From Bispira polyomma (Eukaryota), in contig OZ287756.1 in NCBI GenBank assembly GCA_965649765.1, positions 35,588,001 to 35,652,000 of the forward strand: DNA of 64,000 nucleotides, read 5' to 3'. Made by a program: the position numbers and the translations under genes. The notes under the pieces were generated by a model. The model worked only from the letters and a program-made list of their open reading frames with translations, was not told the origin of the DNA and made no database searches. Positions within the stretch are counted from its first letter, which is position 1; each line of letters starts with the position of its first letter. Positions 26,575 through 40,000 of the stretch are shown here, one piece after another.

Positions 26575-26750
26575 TTGCTGCTTCACAACCATTTGCCTCA
26601 TACCAATGTGGGTTTGAATCCTGTTCATTCCTTTATGTGGGGAAGTTTGTCAGGTACTTGTCGTAGGTCGGTGGTTTCTACCCACCATTGAAGCTGACCA
26701 TCATAATATAACCTAAGCTGTGGAAAGCGATTGTAAACCCAACTAAATTC
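26575..26750 (+). mobile_element. Old SINE related to family A
   Basis: Shares GGGTTTGAATCC...ATGTGGGgAAGTTTG..GGTACTTG..GGTCGGTGGTTT and the 3' end AATATAACCT...AAAGCGAT.GTAAA. Similar diverged copies at ~15365-15545(+), 20620-20730(-), 38510-38655(-), 42410-42610(-), 45470-45660(-), 52035-52190(+), 56550-56780(+). Confidence 0.7.
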
Positions 26751-29677
26751 AAATAAAATTTCCTTGGTTTACCTGAAAATATAATGATTCACCCTTCAGT
26801 TTTGTCACATGCACATTCTTTACTTTTACTTCTATATAATCATATCCACACAAGTACACAGTGAACCCATATATAACATATGTCCATCCAGTTATATATG
26901 GGGTGGTATTCCTATGGAGAAATTGGACCAGGGCTAATTTAAAACGGCGCAGTTTGACAGTTGGGGCCAAACAATGGCTAACACAACACAACAAAAAAAG
27001 GCAACAGATATCTTTTTTTGATGGCATCTACACAACATAAGATATGACACATATGATTCCTGATAAAACATGTTCCTCTGGTTTTTACAGCTATGTGTGA
27101 AATCTGAGTTTGTGATACTAAAAAATATAGCCATTTGTTTTCTATTTTGAAAAAAGAATCCCAAAACTGTTACATTCATTTCAAAAGACCTCACTGTGTA
27201 AGACAAAACAACACAGTTCTCTTCCTTTCTCCCTCTTGAAAAAGTTAAGGTAAACGAATAAACACCACTGCTTGGAAGGCTTCCTGTTGATTTTATAAGG
27301 AGATAAGATCCATTTTTAGACGAGTTCCACATAAAATATTGAGATTACAAAGTGTTTGTTTTATGATGGAAGTTATAAACACAGTTCCCCTAAGAACGTG
27401 GCATCGCTTGGTGGGGACTTTATAAACAGCTTCCAAATAAACAAACATCTAGCAGGTTTTATAATTATGAAAAAAATATATTTAATATCTAAATTGAAGC
27501 AAAACAATTGAGACACACGAGTAGTCATTTCTAAATAAACAACTGGTCTAAAACTGGTGATGCAAACAATTGACAAGTGTGTGTGTGTTTTTTGTTTTTT
27601 TTTTTGTTTGTTTTTTTTTTCATTTTGTTCAAATTACTGACGTCACAAATCTCTGTGTGTACTTTGGGGGTGGGGGTTGGGGAGAGCTGTTTCCGTTGTT
27701 GACAGGGGTGGGTGAGGAGGGAGTGGGGTCCCCGACCCCCCACTTAAGGTGTTGATGCCCTCTACTTCACTCTTCCCCAAGCTAACAACTCTTAAATACT
27801 AGTAGCCGATAAGGCAGCCGTCTAGACGTCACACAACGAGGGCATCAATCAAAGCAGTAGAACACTAATCTGTCTTGTCAGCCGTGACTAAACACCATAA
27901 ACCGGGAAAACTTGAGAACATTTCAGATTTATAGCAATATCCCCAGTCAGGCGTAGCGACATTAAAAATAAAGCATATTGTACTTGATGTTTTTTTTTTT
28001 CATCAGTTAAAATTTTTTCCTGCAAAACATTGTGTCACTTTGATAAAAACCTACCCGTTACGAGCTAAGGTTATGGGAAAAATATTTCTTTTATTTCAAG
28101 TCTTGGGAAATAGGAGAAAAACACACATAAAAACATGTGTACATTACAAATGATGGGCAAATGTTTCCTAATTTATCTAATAAATTTATATAAATGGGCA
28201 AATTAAGATTTTTTGAAGAGTAAGAAATCAAATGAAACTGATATGATATCTAAAGCTGGTATACTATACAACCTGAGTGCATGTATTCTTAACAGATATT
28301 GCTAGCCCTACCTAGGCCCTGATCATATTTATATATCACATTTTTTAAAAGTTTTGAATACTCTTTGGTGCCCACTGTAGTGTACACGTTGATTTATTAC
28401 TTCAATATGATTAAAGTACCATTTGTGCACAAACAATATGAAAATACGCGATGACACGAGGTGTTGTTTTTTAAAGAGATTTCTCCAAGCTGAATTGTCG
28501 TGATGTGTAGTGTAGCATCATGCCAGATACAGTGCCAATAATCAAATAATATTGTTTTATTTATCTTTCTGTGTCGTGTAGTCAGTGGCTTAAGGGTTAA
28601 GATTGAATTAACACATATTTTTGAAATACTGGCAAATATGTCCATTGGCAAATGCTTTGGTGTGTAGCTGCCTCGTCTGTTACCAGTGTTATTGTGTCAA
28701 TAAAGATTATATGGGGTTCAAATAGGGAGTTAATGATTGTGTGACCTGTTGATAGATTTGTAGAGGTTTTGTGAATGCAGAATTAGAGACAGGACATTTA
28801 ACCCCATGTCTGGTGACCTTTTGACTTTGAATACAAGACACCTGTTGATTTTTTTTCTTTACTTAATATATTACAATTCAAAATTAGCAAAACTCACTTT
28901 GGGAAGAGAGTACGTTTTATAAACATTAAATGGGTTTTTAATTATGTAACTTTTGAAAATTTTAGTCAAGCGAACATTAAGGATCATAATAGCATAGAGA
29001 TTACATGCCACCCATAATGTAGAATTTATTCGCAACCAGTACAGCACACATATATTTGTCAATAAAGTCAAATATGTCAGTATTGATTTTAGGCAAAAAG
29101 GCAAAATTATATGCTGTAAATATTCAGTATTGCAATATAATACTTGTTCAATGCCTTGTAACGTTTTATTAAATAAAAATTAATTATATTATTGCCTTTT
29201 CAAAATAAATGTTTATGTGCACTTACAAATTTCCCATAAAATAAAAATGTTTATGTTCATTTTACAAATGTAATTATTTTTTGCATTTTATAATTATTTT
29301 TATGCACACGTTGTGTTCAGGTATATCTTTTTAACCTAAGAATGAAAACATGCTTGTTTCAATAGAAATGGAATGTCACATTTAATATGATATACTAGAT
29401 TTTAATTATGTGCATCTATTAGTGTGTTAATTAGAAGTTTTAAGAAAAACACCACATTATGAACACCAGAATAGCAAGTTTATGAAAAGGTTTGCAATAT
29501 CTCATTACTGAAGGTTTGACAAAAATGTTGTTACCTTATAAACTACTTTGACAAGTACCTCGAACAATACAACCTTTTTAGTCAAGCGTTCACAGCTAAC
29601 TTATAGATACTTGTTGTGACACAATTATAAGCCATGTAAGAACGTGATGTGGTAATAACTGTGAATATGTGAAAAGC

Positions 29678-29919
29678 ACCAGGGTTGGTATTCTCGAACG
29701 TACAGTCAGTTCAAACTTAACCAAAATCTGGATTTCGTATAACTCTCGATACAGTAAACCTATCTAAAATCTGACTTCATATTTGCATTCGGTGTTGAAA
29801 GCTCTAAATGAATGGTCACAAGTACAGGTTTATTCCATGTACAAGGATTTAGTCATAACCTATATTTGAGTTGAGTATCAGTTTAAGCATGAGTCTATTT
29901 CGAGCATACCAGCCCTGGT
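29678..29919. mobile_element. MITE with 21-bp TIRs
   Basis: ACCAGGGTTGGTATTCTCGAA ... TTCGAGCATACCAGCCCTGGT (2 mismatches). A diverged relative at ~39165-39390 shares AAATGAAT.GTC.CAAGTACAGGTTTAT.CCATGTA. Confidence 0.75.
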
Positions 29920-30626
29920 TATCTTCTTTGTTATTTTTTCATATTTATTAAAAACAAAGAGCACTCAGTAGAGCACAAACCTCTCCCTTGGGGTACAAAA
30001 TGAAGAGGGTCTGTGCTTTAGTGGATGTTTCCATGCAAGTTAATTTTTTCTAAGTCGATAAGCCAAAGGCAATTTCATCAGTTTCCATGTGAGCAACGCC
30101 GATAAGTGGAAGTTGTGGTAAATTTACGTGTGACAAAATCAAGTGTTGGAATGGTTTCAAAACATTCGTCTGTTGGTAACGCTTAAACTCTGATCACAAA
30201 TCTTTTTCTCCCATCAGATTATTATTTTGCAACTTGACTCGGATGTGCGTCACAGAGGATGCATGACCATTGGTTGTAGTGTTATAGAATTAAAAACATG
30301 AATATTTCTGCCTTGGTCCATGACCTAGCTTTCCACAAAGTTTTGGTAAAAATCAGTAGAACAAATTTTGTGATATGGGGTCACATGCATTTAATATTGA
30401 AATGCACCAGTCCCAGTTGACATATTTATCACATTTACAACACTTTAAGTTTGTTGGTCATAAAGATAGCTAATTTGGGTTTATCCATGTAAAACTTCAA
30501 ATAACAAAACATTTGTTATGGTCTGAACTAAAATGTGAAAGTTTGGCAGAATTTTTAAAAACAAGAGTTGTATTTTTAAAAAGACACTGAAGCACAGTGT
30601 AAATACACTAATGTTAATATGGCAAC

Positions 30627-30806
30627 TATATACTCAGGCTATGCCTGATAAGAATAAATCTGACACCCCCCAGTTTGGACGGGGACGATTGCTTTTAACC
30701 AATCTATGAAGGCCTTGCATATTATTTCTAAGATGGTGGCTTCCTTTTCAATGGCGGTTCCCTTTTCAGAATGAAAACAACATCAGGCTGAGCCTGATAA
30801 AAAAAA
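30627..30806 (+). repeat. Dispersed repeat; diverged inverted copy at 41553-41727
   Basis: TATATACTCAGGC...AATAAA.CTGACACCCC...GATTGCTT.TAACCAATC...TAAGATGG...ATCAGGC...CTGATAAAAAAAA present in both, in opposite orientation. Confidence 0.7.
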
Positions 30807-32104
30807 CGTGTGTTGAGTCAAGCTTGGCTGGTAGGATGGCTATATGGGGGGTTTCAGTTTTCAGTTAAATCCCTGATCAGTGACATACTCAGCGTGTACC
30901 TTATGTCACTTAACAAGGCTCTGAACACAATGGCTGATACCTTTGACCTAACACCTCCATACACTCCAGTATTGTGCTCTAACCTTAAACTCAGACTTAA
31001 AAACTCTTGAACATTTTAATACCCCCTTTCTATATTCACTGAAAATACATACTTAAAGTCTATGTTATGAAATTGTTGAAGATTTGCAGTACATTTCAGG
31101 CAAAACAATATTACATAATGGAGCTGATCATATTTAAACTTTTTGGGAAGTTTTTAGGAACCTTATTTAATACTTATACAAATATAACATGAATAACATA
31201 TTTAACTGCCTTCTCAGTAATAAAGTGTTTCTTTACTAAGAAGTGTCTTTTGTTTCTTAAACCTTGTAAAGCACATCCCCTCTGTTTGAAACATTAGAAG
31301 AGCCAATTTAGCAAGACTGTGGAAACTGACACCAGATCCTACTCAAACTAGCAGATGTTTCTTGTAGATATACTCACCAGGGGGGCCACCGCTTCCAAAT
31401 GGGTGGCTTCTGCGCATGCGCACACACTGGTTTCTTATCCTAATTGAGACACCTTGTCTGAAACATTAGACTCCTCCTTATGAGTAACATACACCATTTT
31501 CTTATGTAGGTTTTGTGGTTTGTAAAATGATTAATAGCAGGCATAAGCCTAACACATGTAAATGTTATTAAGGTCCATTAGCTAAGTGAACTGTAGATTT
31601 GAGGTAGTTTTATTTTGCAAATTTTGGCTTTGAAAAATTCCAAAATACACTCTTATCACTACATGACTTAAATGAATGAATAAATTTTAAAATAGGGCAT
31701 TATTCCAAATAGTGTGAATTACAAGTGTCTATTCAATGCATTGGACACGACTACAATACATTTACCAACTGTACCAACGTATAAGTTATCAATACCTTCA
31801 TATCAATATTACCAAATACTACAAATACATTTACCAGCATCATTCCAATACCTTTACTAACCTCGTGTTTACTCATGTATCAACCTGGCATTTATTAAGC
31901 TACCAATATATTAATTATTTTATGCTTCTAATACCTTTAACAATCCTATCTTAAACTACCAATACATGTACCAACCTTTTCCATTACATACGGATACATT
32001 CACTAACATTACTACCAATACCCCTACCAATATTACCTTAACCTACCAATACGTTTACCAATCCGATTTGAAATTAGCCACATATATCAACCCAATCTCA
32101 TACT

Positions 32105-32220
32105 TAATGGTCCATTCACATTGCCCCGAAACCGGATTGATCAAGGAATTTGGCAATATACACCAAACCGAATTTTATACACTTGCAGTACATAAACAAT
32201 GTAATGTGAATGGGTCATTA
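32105..32220. mobile_element. Small PIF/Harbinger-like MITE
   Basis: TAATGGTCCATTCACATT ... AATGTGAATGGGTCATTA inverted ends (2 mismatches), TAA/TTA termini. Confidence 0.5.
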
Positions 32221-33356
32221 GTCACCAATATAGTTCCCAATGTTCCCAATACCTTCTTCTACAATGGCTGGATCCCACAAAACAAACTTCATTGTCTTCC
32301 ACCTGTTTTGTAAAGATCTCGTCATGTGACTAGACTTCAGGTCACACCTGTAAAATAGTCAATATAGTTTGGTTTCCTAGATTGATTAATTGTTCTACTA
32401 TATACCTATATTGCTATTTATATATACCCATTTATATACCCATTTTATAATCCATTTATATATAACAAGTAAGCCTTTAGAAAGGCTAGTACATAACATA
32501 TATATATTAATATCATTCTCTCTCGTTCCCACTGGGTCCCCTTACTAAATACCTGTCCATCCTCTTCACTATTTATTTTCTTGTCTTGGACTACCCTGGC
32601 TGGCATAGCTAGCTCTCGATAAAGACCAGCTCTTTGTACTGTACCCAGCAAGGTGGTATTGATTTTACAGGTGATACAAGAATGCACTAAAACAACAGTA
32701 ACACGTGCCTGTAAGGGTGGGCGATAATACAAGGTACATCTATTGAGATATGTTTTTTAAGGTGGCATAGAATATCTTTGTAATTTTTGCTGTTGTTGTT
32801 TGGGTTGTAGTTGTCAATGTTAGAGATTAGGAGAGCAATATGTCCCATTTTTTATCACGACAACTGTAAGATGTGAAAGAAAAATGACTAAATCTTCTAG
32901 TTTCTAGACTTCAGTTTATGTTAACTGGACATGTTATGTAATAGAAGGGGCCCAGTGCCAGTCACCTGTGGTACCTAAACATGATTGGTGTAAACAAACA
33001 GCTCAGTACCAGGATGAAAACCACGATGGGATTCTGTGGCAGAAAAATAATAAGACACATTTGTTAGGGTAAACTGTGCCAGCTATCTTCTGAAACAGTA
33101 GCATGGGATAATACACTAATCTTAACATGATTACTATCTTGAAGTTATATACAGTTGTACAAAATGGTGCACATAATGGGACACATTTGTTCACTTTGTG
33201 AGCCATCTTTTAAAATAGTCTGGATTAAGGCTTAAATGCGTCTACAAGGATTTTTTCTTGGGGATTTTGCAATAATTTAAAACTTAACACCAGGGAGCTG
33301 TTAGTCTGTAAATAGTTATTTAATCAACTAAATAATCCACTTTATTTTAGTAATTA

Positions 33357-33595
33357 AATGGCCTAGTGGTTAGCAAGCATTGCGCTTCACAATCACTGGT
33401 TTCTCACCTCTGGGCGGCGTGAGTTTGAATCCCATTGATGCCTATGTGGGAAAGGTGGTAGTTCCTTACTGTGGGCCGCTGGTTTCAGCGCAGAACCTTG
33501 ATCAACTGTATGCAGTGTTTCCACCAGCGTTTCTAACTACCCGTCCCAATATAACCTAAAACAGGTACTAGAGTGGACGTTAAATATCCAAATTC
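33357..33595 (+). mobile_element. SINE family A, slightly 5'-truncated
   Basis: Same sequence as the two copies above. 12-bp TSD TTTTAGTAATTA at 33345-33356 and 33596-33607. Confidence 0.9.
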
Positions 33596-34283
33596 TTTTA
33601 GTAATTAGAATATAAATACATTAGCGTTGGTTCGAGTTTATCCCAGGTCTTACTTAATTTGAAACAAATGCATTGATTTTATTCTTTCATGGTCCATTTT
33701 AGCCTTGCTTGAGGCTAATATTTGTCAGAAAGATTCATTGGGTTTGGAACAAATTCAAAATATGCATACACACATGTACATTTAATTCAGCATAATGTAC
33801 CTGGATAATCATAAGTAACAGCTTCTTTCTTGGTCAGAAAATAAGTCATCAGTCATATGAGTACAGTGTGCTAAATTAAATGTGATATATATTTTTTCAT
33901 TTGTTGCAAATTGAGAGACTTTTCTGGCAAACATGGGGCTTAATTGAGGCTAGAGAAATTTTTTTTTACTTGTTAATATCCAAAAGTACAATTGATATAT
34001 CTCAAATCACCCTCACAAACTGTGTTCTGATAACACAATAATTACATGTGACAAAAATAAGGAATATGGATATGTATTTAATGTTCAGCAACTGCGATAG
34101 CTGCTTTCCCCCATCAATAAACTGCTCGTTACAATATAACAATCATAGTATTCAACTATTGAAAGTGATTTCAAACTGAAAATAAATGCAAGGCCACATG
34201 GTGCTATTCAGGTTTACACTGAGGATAACCAGAATTTAAAACATGTTACTATGACACAGTAATCTGGGATATTATGCAAGATT

Positions 34284-34485
34284 AGGGCCCGTGGTGGCCT
34301 TGTGGTTAGAAGTGTTAGCTTAATACTCCCTGGCCTCTCATCAACATGGGTTTGAATCACATTTGTTCCCTCATGTGGGACAGTTTGCTAACTACTTGCT
34401 GCTTGTCGGTTGTTTACAGTTTTTTAGCACTGGCTTCTTCCATAGTAATATGACTTAATCTGTTAAAGGCGATGTAAAACAAAAC
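34284..34485 (+). mobile_element. Old SINE related to family A
   Basis: GGGCCCGTGGTGGCCTTGTGGTTAG head, GGGTTTGAATC B box, 3' end AAAGGCGATGTAAAAC. Confidence 0.7.
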
Positions 34486-34535
34486 CAACTTTAAATAAAT
34501 TCAAGCTTGTGCAAAGGGCGTTAATGGTTGCTGTT

Positions 34536-34725
34536 AAGGGCTTTACAGACCACCCACGACACGACACTACATAAAAATGGAAACAAGAAAACATATATTG
34601 ATTATTCAGACTGGACCCAGCAGGACAATACACCACACCACACTGCATGACACTGCAATTTAGCTTGAAAAATCTCTAAAAAACTGTTGTGTTGTATTGT
34701 GTCGTCGGCCTCCTGTAAAGCCTTT
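34536..34725. mobile_element. Small MITE
   Basis: AAGGGCTTTACAG...CTGTAAAGCCTTT ends, with internal inverted CGACAC/GTGTCG subrepeats. Confidence 0.5.
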
Positions 34726-35154
34726 CAGAACTATATGTAAGGGCATACAGAACATACATGAAAGTATACAATTCGCATATAACTGTTCTTGTTAATAAGT
34801 TTTACATGTGAATCTTTAAAATAATAAATTCTCCCCCATTCTGCAAAGTGAGTGTTTTATAATCTGGCCTCTGATCAGCTGTTTAGTGAAGTTACCACCA
34901 TAACACTCACCTAACAGACTTGTCAGCTGAGTTATGACTGATTTAGGTAACAAAAATATCTACACGTAATCAATGAAAACAGTGATATCTTTACTCAAGC
35001 CGCTGAAAAGGTGATTATACTTGCATGGTTGTTCACCAGTAGAATGCATTAAGCACCTGTTAAATCAGACCAAACACAAATGGAGTAGATTAAAAGAGGT
35101 GTGACAGTATGAGTTGACCCCTTACATATAATGTACTAACCCCAAATGCATGTC

Positions 35155-35500
35155 AGGTTGTGGTCTTTATGGCCAAGCTGTTAGAGTGTCTGACTATGGA
35201 TCTGAGGGTCCAGGTTCTACCTTTGCTGCAGGTCTGGAAATTGTACCCTTGGACAACGTCTTTTACACAAAGTTGTCCCTCTCTACCCAGGTGTATAAAT
35301 GGGTCTCTGGTCATTATAATGGGCGTTAATCTCTGTGTGCCGTGTGTGACAGTACGGCTAGTGTGCTTCCTGAGGGAGCTGAGAGTAAACAATTGGTTGA
35401 CAAGTGGAAGAACCCAGACTGCAGGGTGTAAACTGTAAAGTCGGTATAGACCTCATTAGAGGTAATATCAGGCTATAAACCTACACACATTTACATTTAT
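35155..35500 (+). mobile_element. tRNA-derived SINE family B
   Basis: Core CTTGGACAA..CTTTACACAAAGTTGTCCCTCT.CACCCAGGTGTATAAATGGG and tail TGGTTGACAAGTGGAAGAACC...GTAAACTGTAAAG...CATTTACATTT, shared with 50265-50490 and 12372-12545. Confidence 0.75.
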
Positions 35501-36075
35501 AGAATGTTTTTAGGTACATTTTTGTTGTTTATTGGGATGATTTGATAAATCTATGCTTAGGCTAAGATACACCAGTGGGTTTAATTATGATGGGTGAGTG
35601 AAAACCTGTGTCACCGGCATTAATGGCATCGTTATGTACAGTTAGTGGAGCAGTGCTGATGCTACCTATTTCAAAGGTTTTACTTGACTGTTGATAGAGA
35701 AAATCTTTGTTCTTGTATGTTTGGTTGTGAAACTTAACATTGTGACATTATACCCTGGTCAAGCAATAACTGTCTATTAAAGACAATAAAAAGGCATTGT
35801 ACTGGACTGCATGAAAATGGTGTAATATAGGCAAGTCCTCGACACTAGTCCAATGAACCAAAAACTCAAGTTAGGGTTGATTTTAAATGATTTCAGCTTT
35901 TAGTTTAGAAGAACAAGCCAGAGTTACTGCTAGCAAAAAGCCTGCTCTTTAGTCAGGTATTTTGTTGTTGACAGAAAAAGGTCATCTGACAATGAAATCA
36001 GAGGGCTTTATATCTCTCCGCCTGGTATGTTCCCGTTCTTATTAGAGCTACCACACTACAACCAACTGCCTGCTC

Positions 36076-36085
36076 TATATAAAAA
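36076..36085 (+). promoter_or_regulatory. Candidate TATA box of the proximal promoter
   Basis: cTATATAAAAAg ~650 bp upstream of ATG 36726, ahead of a repeat-free region with C/T-rich tracts. Confidence 0.3.
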
Positions 36086-36725
36086 GCCACTAACACAATA
36101 TACCCAGCAATGAAGAGAATACACTGCCACAGTAGTGTGGAGCAATACTACTCAACACAAGGGTTGCCATGGAAATGAGGATTATTGAGAAAATAAAAGC
36201 CCTCTTTACCCCCCTTCTCTACCCTCCCCCCATATGCTGCAGAAAGGAACCAGAAAATATTGATGTGGTATTTCGTGTCAAGTAAGAGGGCGGTAAGTTT
36301 AGTGGTAAAAGACAGAGTGTGTGCACCATTATATTTGTGTGTGACTAAAAGTGGGCAGGGACAAAAACTCAGCTGCCTTCCTTTTTTTGTCTTCCTCTTA
36401 AAGTCCAGCACTGCGCATGTGCAAGTAAAGGCCTGGTGTTTCCTGCCTCTCTGTTTTTGTAAGATTTCCTCCCCCCCCCCCTCTCTCACCTCCTCCCCCT
36501 CCTTGGTCACCACTGAGATGTGTAAAAAGCCTGTAGGGGGGAGTTAGGAGAGCCTAGGTAGGCACACTGGACAGTGCATGGATATCAGCCACTCACACAC
36601 AGGTCAATAACTAGGTCATAGTGAAGAGGAGACTGTCAGCACTTCTAGTAGCACAGTAGCAGCAGTAGAAGCAGCAGTAACAACATCAGTGTAATAAGAG
36701 ACTGGAATAAACATAAACACAAGAG

Positions 36726-37076
36726 ATGCAATTCCATCAGCTTTCAACAGTGGATATGTCAACAGTACTAGAAGACCAGCAATGTGACCAACAGACTCCA
36801 CCTCTGTCACAACAACCAGTGCTAATGGTAATAGAACAGCAGACACTGGATAATAATGTTGACCATCACCAATACCAACCGCATCACCAACCGTCGCTTT
36901 ATGACTACCGGTCGGAGGTATTAGAACCGATACGGTCAGAACAGTTACCTACGGATTACAACTGCTCCGGATCACTCATTACGGAGGAGAACCAAGTAGC
37001 TATCCTGACTCTGGAGAATCCCCAGCCTTCCTCCTTGTGTTCTGGATTCCTCGATGTCTATGGCAGCAGTCAGCTG
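36726..37076 (+). CDS. Lhx2/9: Lhx2/9 probable first coding exon (117 aa, Q/H/acid-rich N-terminus)
   Basis: ATG at 36726, open frame, strong donor CTG|GTGAGT at 37077, phase 0 matching the LIM1 exon. No conserved domain, so less certain than the other exons. Confidence 0.68.
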
Positions 37077-40000
37077 GTGAGTGGAAAAGTTCTGATTAAT
37101 TATAGGGAGTTTTAGAGGCAGCACCAGCCACAGAGAGAGGGATTGTGGGGCCCAATTAGTAGCCAAAGGGACACAAGTTAGAGTGTGTGTGTGAGGGGGA
37201 AAACTTTCTCTGTGTGCTGCAAATTCAGGCTATATAACAAGGGAGAACTGCCACTAATGACCAGATATCTAAACACGACTGTGTAAGAAGGGAGTGAATA
37301 AGGGATCTAGACAGGGAGCTACCAGTTTTGGTAAACAGTAATCATATTGATAATATATTTGTTTAATGTGTACACGATTTTTTATGTGTACATCATTTGA
37401 AGAATATAAATAATACAACTTTAACAAAATATAGGTTTCATGTAAGGAAAAAAATAGAAATAATTCTGAACTAAAAAAATATAAGGGGGTAAATAAGCAA
37501 TATAGTCTTTATATGGGCTTGACAATTTAGATATTAAGTTCAATGTCTAGGTAAAATGAGTACATTCGTAAACATAGTGTAAATGACTTTATTTTACATA
37601 TTGCACCTGTGTCAGATGCTACTCGGATGTGACATTTTTGATACACAACCATATCAGAACTGTCAATTAAAATGAAATTATGGACCTTTCTTGGGTTTTA
37701 TGATTCGGACATTAAAAAACAATGGTTTCTGTATGTTGCTCAGTAAAAGTAACCATTCATGCCTAGTAAATTGTGGGTAAATATATCGGCTACTAACTAG
37801 TCCTTTATTTATTGGGTCCCTAATATGTGGACCTTTTGATCAGCCTGATATTCTATTATCGCTCACTTCAGTAGTAGCTGGCTCTTACTTGCAGCAGAGG
37901 TATTACATTACTTCTCAGTACACATACTACAAATGGGAGTTTTGTGTGAAAAGGGCAATATTAGAGCAATATTAGGTAGTAGCACATTGTCGTGTAATAC
38001 TCGCTTGTATTGATCGGCCAGCTGTTTTGGAGCTCCATAGAAAACCACCCCCACCCCCCCCCTCTAGGGGATAGCAGAGTAGCCTGTCTTGTGACGTAAG
38101 GATTTCCCCCACATCACAAAGAGGCTTTTGGGGAAAAAAGAAAAACAAAACAAAGATCCTCTCGTTCTTTTAATTATTACTATTTTAACGATGGTCTATA
38201 ACTTTTAACCTGATAAGACTGCATCTCACCCATATATGCTAGTATTGGTTTGTACAATTAAGTTAGTAAAGACTTAATAACTAGCATATACGAAGACAGG
38301 TCATCAGTTGTAGGGCATTAGCCCTGTGTAGAGCTCAAGTTTATATCAATGGTCCAATTTTAGCTTTGTAAGATTTATCCCAGCCAAGATCTTTTAATGT
38401 TGGTTATTACAATCGATATAGTAAGGACTTAATAACTAGCACATACAACGATAGGTCACCAGTTGTAGGACATCAGCTTTCCTAAAGTTTCAAGTTCTTA
38501 TCATTTTTTTAATTTACGTAACTTTCAACAGCTTAGGTTATATTGCGCCAGACAGATGTAATGGTGAAACAAAGCAGTGCTGAAGCAAAGAAAACCACCG
38601 ACCTATGACAAGTACCTCACAAACTTTCCCGCATGACGGAACCAACAGGATTCATTTTTTTTTTAACAATTTGGCAAAATTATATTAAGATTATATTGAG
38701 TGCCCTTGTACCAAGAACTATTTTTAAAAAGGAAGATAACAGATGTATAAGAAATGAAAACAAGAAAATGATATGATGGATGAGGGTGATTTGTGTGTGT
38801 GTGGATACTAGGGCCAACATAGGCTATGGAAAACCGGATTAGGCGCTTACTCCTAACCACTAGGACACAGCCACATTTGAATGAGAATTTCAAATATAAT
38901 GTTGCACATGGTCAGTTTAATATAACTATAATTTGTCTCACCCAAACGTAAGTCTACTCCTTGAATACCAAAATCCCCGTGGGATTACAAGAATTATAAG
39001 AGCACATTATGTGATTTAAGACTGCATTCATGTGACTAGAATGATCAAAACGTCATTGTTATATAACACACTTGAGCCGTAGTCAAGGTTAGAACAGCAT
39101 CTATATAGTAGATTTGAGTTACACAATCATAGAACTGCCATGAAAGATCAAAGTTCTAGTACTGTGGCCTCATTCTCGAAAGATCTCAAATTAAACTTGG
39201 ACACAAACTTTAATCTCAATTCCCCATATCTCTTGCTAGAGTAAAGTTACAATCTGACTCTATATATTTAAATTCAGCACTAAAAGCTCTTCTAAAATGA
39301 ATAGTCGCAAGTACAGGTTTATGCCATGTATTTAGTCTGTATTCCACTTCAGTTTGGGTTTGAAGTTCCTTGGAGAATATGGGGGTCCCAGAGCTAGATA
39401 CTAACTTGAGTAAAACTGATTATTAGCTTTTCGAAGAATGCTGCATCCAAGTTGGCTTTTCTGGGCTTTCGTACATGTATACATGGGTTATATTATAAAT
39501 AAAGTACACGTTTTTAGTAAAACTCGCCAGAGCCTTTAGTTTAGTGTTGGGGGATTCTATCAGTGTGTAATAGCCTTGACCCTCATATAATAATGGCTAG
39601 GTATGTCTGAGTCTAATATATGACAGTTTGTTTCGATGACAACCCTCACGTGTTGTGTGTGTGGTGGCTGCTTATTTGTGGCTGTAAAACATGTCGCTAA
39701 AAATAAAACAACATTACATAATGTAAACTTTATACTAATATTGTCAAGTTATAATTTATAATTTTCTAGAGTTTCAAAAACTTGTGAATTCCATTAAACT
39801 TTTCAAAAATTGTAAACCAAGAAGCCAAATCATAATATAATAAAAGCTCTAATTAATCACAAATCTTTTATCCAATTAATAATAGATTCAATGAATTCCT
39901 AATCACTTTTAAGTTTGATATCTCAAAGCATTGATTAATTATACCTTACTCAATGACTCAATATCAAAAATTATTTATAACAAGAAAAAAATACAGATTA

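Noticed and set aside
31740-32100. T/Y/N-rich ORFs
   Set aside because: Low-complexity decayed TACCAA repeats; no domain.
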